A stretch of DNA of 63,914 nt, filler included, from Octopus bimaculoides (taxonomy: Eukaryota), in NCBI RefSeq assembly GCF_001194135.2. It is 7 parts of 6 records of this genome, joined end to end, with 100 filler letters (N's around TTAATTAATTAA, not from the genome) between each part and the next. Parts side by side here need not be neighbours in the genome. Positions count along the whole stretch, not along the records: positions 61,984 to 63,914 come from NC_068984.1; 6 more parts are not named here. One strand, given 5' to 3'. Under the pieces are notes generated by a model that was not told the DNA's origin, ran no database searches, and was given only the letters and a program-made list of their open reading frames with translations. This document shows, piece by piece, positions 62,337 through 63,914 of this stretch (the stretch's first letter is position 1; every line of letters starts with the position of its first letter). The position numbers and the translations under genes are program-made.

Positions 62337-63914
62337 TATTTTGCTTTTCTCTCTCCTTCCTTCAAACCAATAATTAGGAGTGGATCAAAAGATATAATGC
62401 TTGTACGGGTGTATACGCACTTTTAAATGTTTTGTTTTCATAAGAAACCGCACCAATTTTAACCTTTGTGTACGAAATTCACAAGTAATTCAGTAAGTAA
62501 ACAAACTCATATACACACGCGTTTTCAGTGTTGCTTTCTAGCTAGAATTTTGCGCATGTATATATTATATTACACACACACATATCTATGTACTTTCATT
62601 TGTATAAATTAGTCGTAAAATAATAATAGCAGTATCAAAACAATTTATTTAGCTGAAAAGAAGCCAACACAAAAATAAAGTAAAAAGGGAAACGTTTTAT
62701 AGCCTTCAGTTCGGATCGAACCTAAACACGCTCCAAGACGTTCTTATATTATTTTTGAAAACATATATATTTATACTGAAAATAAAGATAATTGCATATT
62801 TTTAAAAATACATTGTGAGCTTGTTTTTTTTTTTTTTTCCTTTTTGTTTACGAGTTTAATTTCATAATGGGAAATATAACTGAGTTTATGTTTTTCGCAT
62901 ATATTTGAGGTTAAACACCTACAGTCTACAAAAACACAACCGAAATAAATTTAGGCACAGGCAACATTTTTTCAATATACAAATATATATACATATATAT
63001 ATATATACATATAATGCAGGACGGCCTGACATAGACATCTACAAGACACAAGCAAAAAAAAGGTTGGCCGAGTTATGATTATAGCTGAAAGTAATGCTGT
63101 TAAATCTCGATTCATTATTTTGTTTAAGAATATCGTTTCTGTAAGCAGGACTACAAATCGGAAGTGTTCCCCAACCTTTTTTTCTCTAAGGCAGTACCCG
63201 CGGTTGCAAATAAATTTGGCTGCTATTTCTAGCAGATCGAACCATCAAGTACTGTATGTAGTGAGACAAGTTCTCAGCGAATTGTACTCAAAACTCGGTT
63301 TCGATTCCTAGTTTAAACCGTTATATTAACGACAATAATTCCCTTGTGTTGGGGACAGTAAGTATTGAGTCTAACTTGACATTTTTTTTTTTTTATTGGC
63401 TCGAAAATTATATCAGTGAACGAATATACACACCTGGATACTCAAATGTTCTGATTAGAAAAAAAATCAACGATAAAATACGTATTTTTTGTATGTTCAA
63501 TGGTGTATGAACAATATCTCATTAATATAGTTTGATAATCATAGCAATTAGAAAAGAAATGGATATCATTATTGCCTGTGGCGGACTGAATTTTGCCTAA
63601 AACACTTGCTGGAATGTCATGTGTGACAGACATTACAAGTAAATGTGGGGATCAATGCGATGTGTTAATGTTTGCCTATATATATATTTCCTCAAGTAAC
63701 CCTTAAAGTTCTAAGTATTACCTAAGTGAGTAAGTAAACAAGTAAATCGGGACAACAAACGGCAAAAACAGCTGACGAGCTGTTAATATCTAGAAAGCTA
63801 GATAAGGTAAGAAATGCCAAAATAATTACAGATCATATTTCTAACACAAATATAAACATGCGGCGTGACAATAAGAAAGATAATAATAATAACAACATTG
63901 CATAACATCACATG

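Overview
AT-rich, microsatellite-dense, gap-riddled eukaryotic draft scaffold. The SINE/LINE content resembles a coleoid cephalopod such as Octopus (inference from recalled repeat families). I recognise no intact known protein-coding gene. Well-supported features: three intact + strand tRNA genes (Leu-TAA, intron-containing Tyr-GTA, Thr-CGT) at 6.9-11.9 kb, many tRNA-derived SINEs, and decayed transposons (RTE and R4/Dong-like LINEs, two Penelope-like GIY-YIG remnants, a Gypsy integrase, mariner, pogo and DD37D transposases, MITEs/foldbacks, a non-autonomous Helitron). A few phase-compatible orphan exons are low confidence. The main discovery signal is five minimal hammerhead-ribozyme (HHR) motifs of the Penelope type. 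Two sit in the tails of unrelated tRNA-headed SINEs, suggesting Pol III non-autonomous elements that depend on Penelope-like elements (PLEs). One lies in a PLE 3' region and carries a compensatory A3-U8 core pair. One has its predicted cleavage site at the inner edge of a ~200-bp near-perfect inverted duplication. One is an isolated core. A foldback element whose apparent centre of symmetry is a (CCCTAA)/(TTAGGG) palindrome is also notable. TE and SINE boundaries are approximate and were read by eye.
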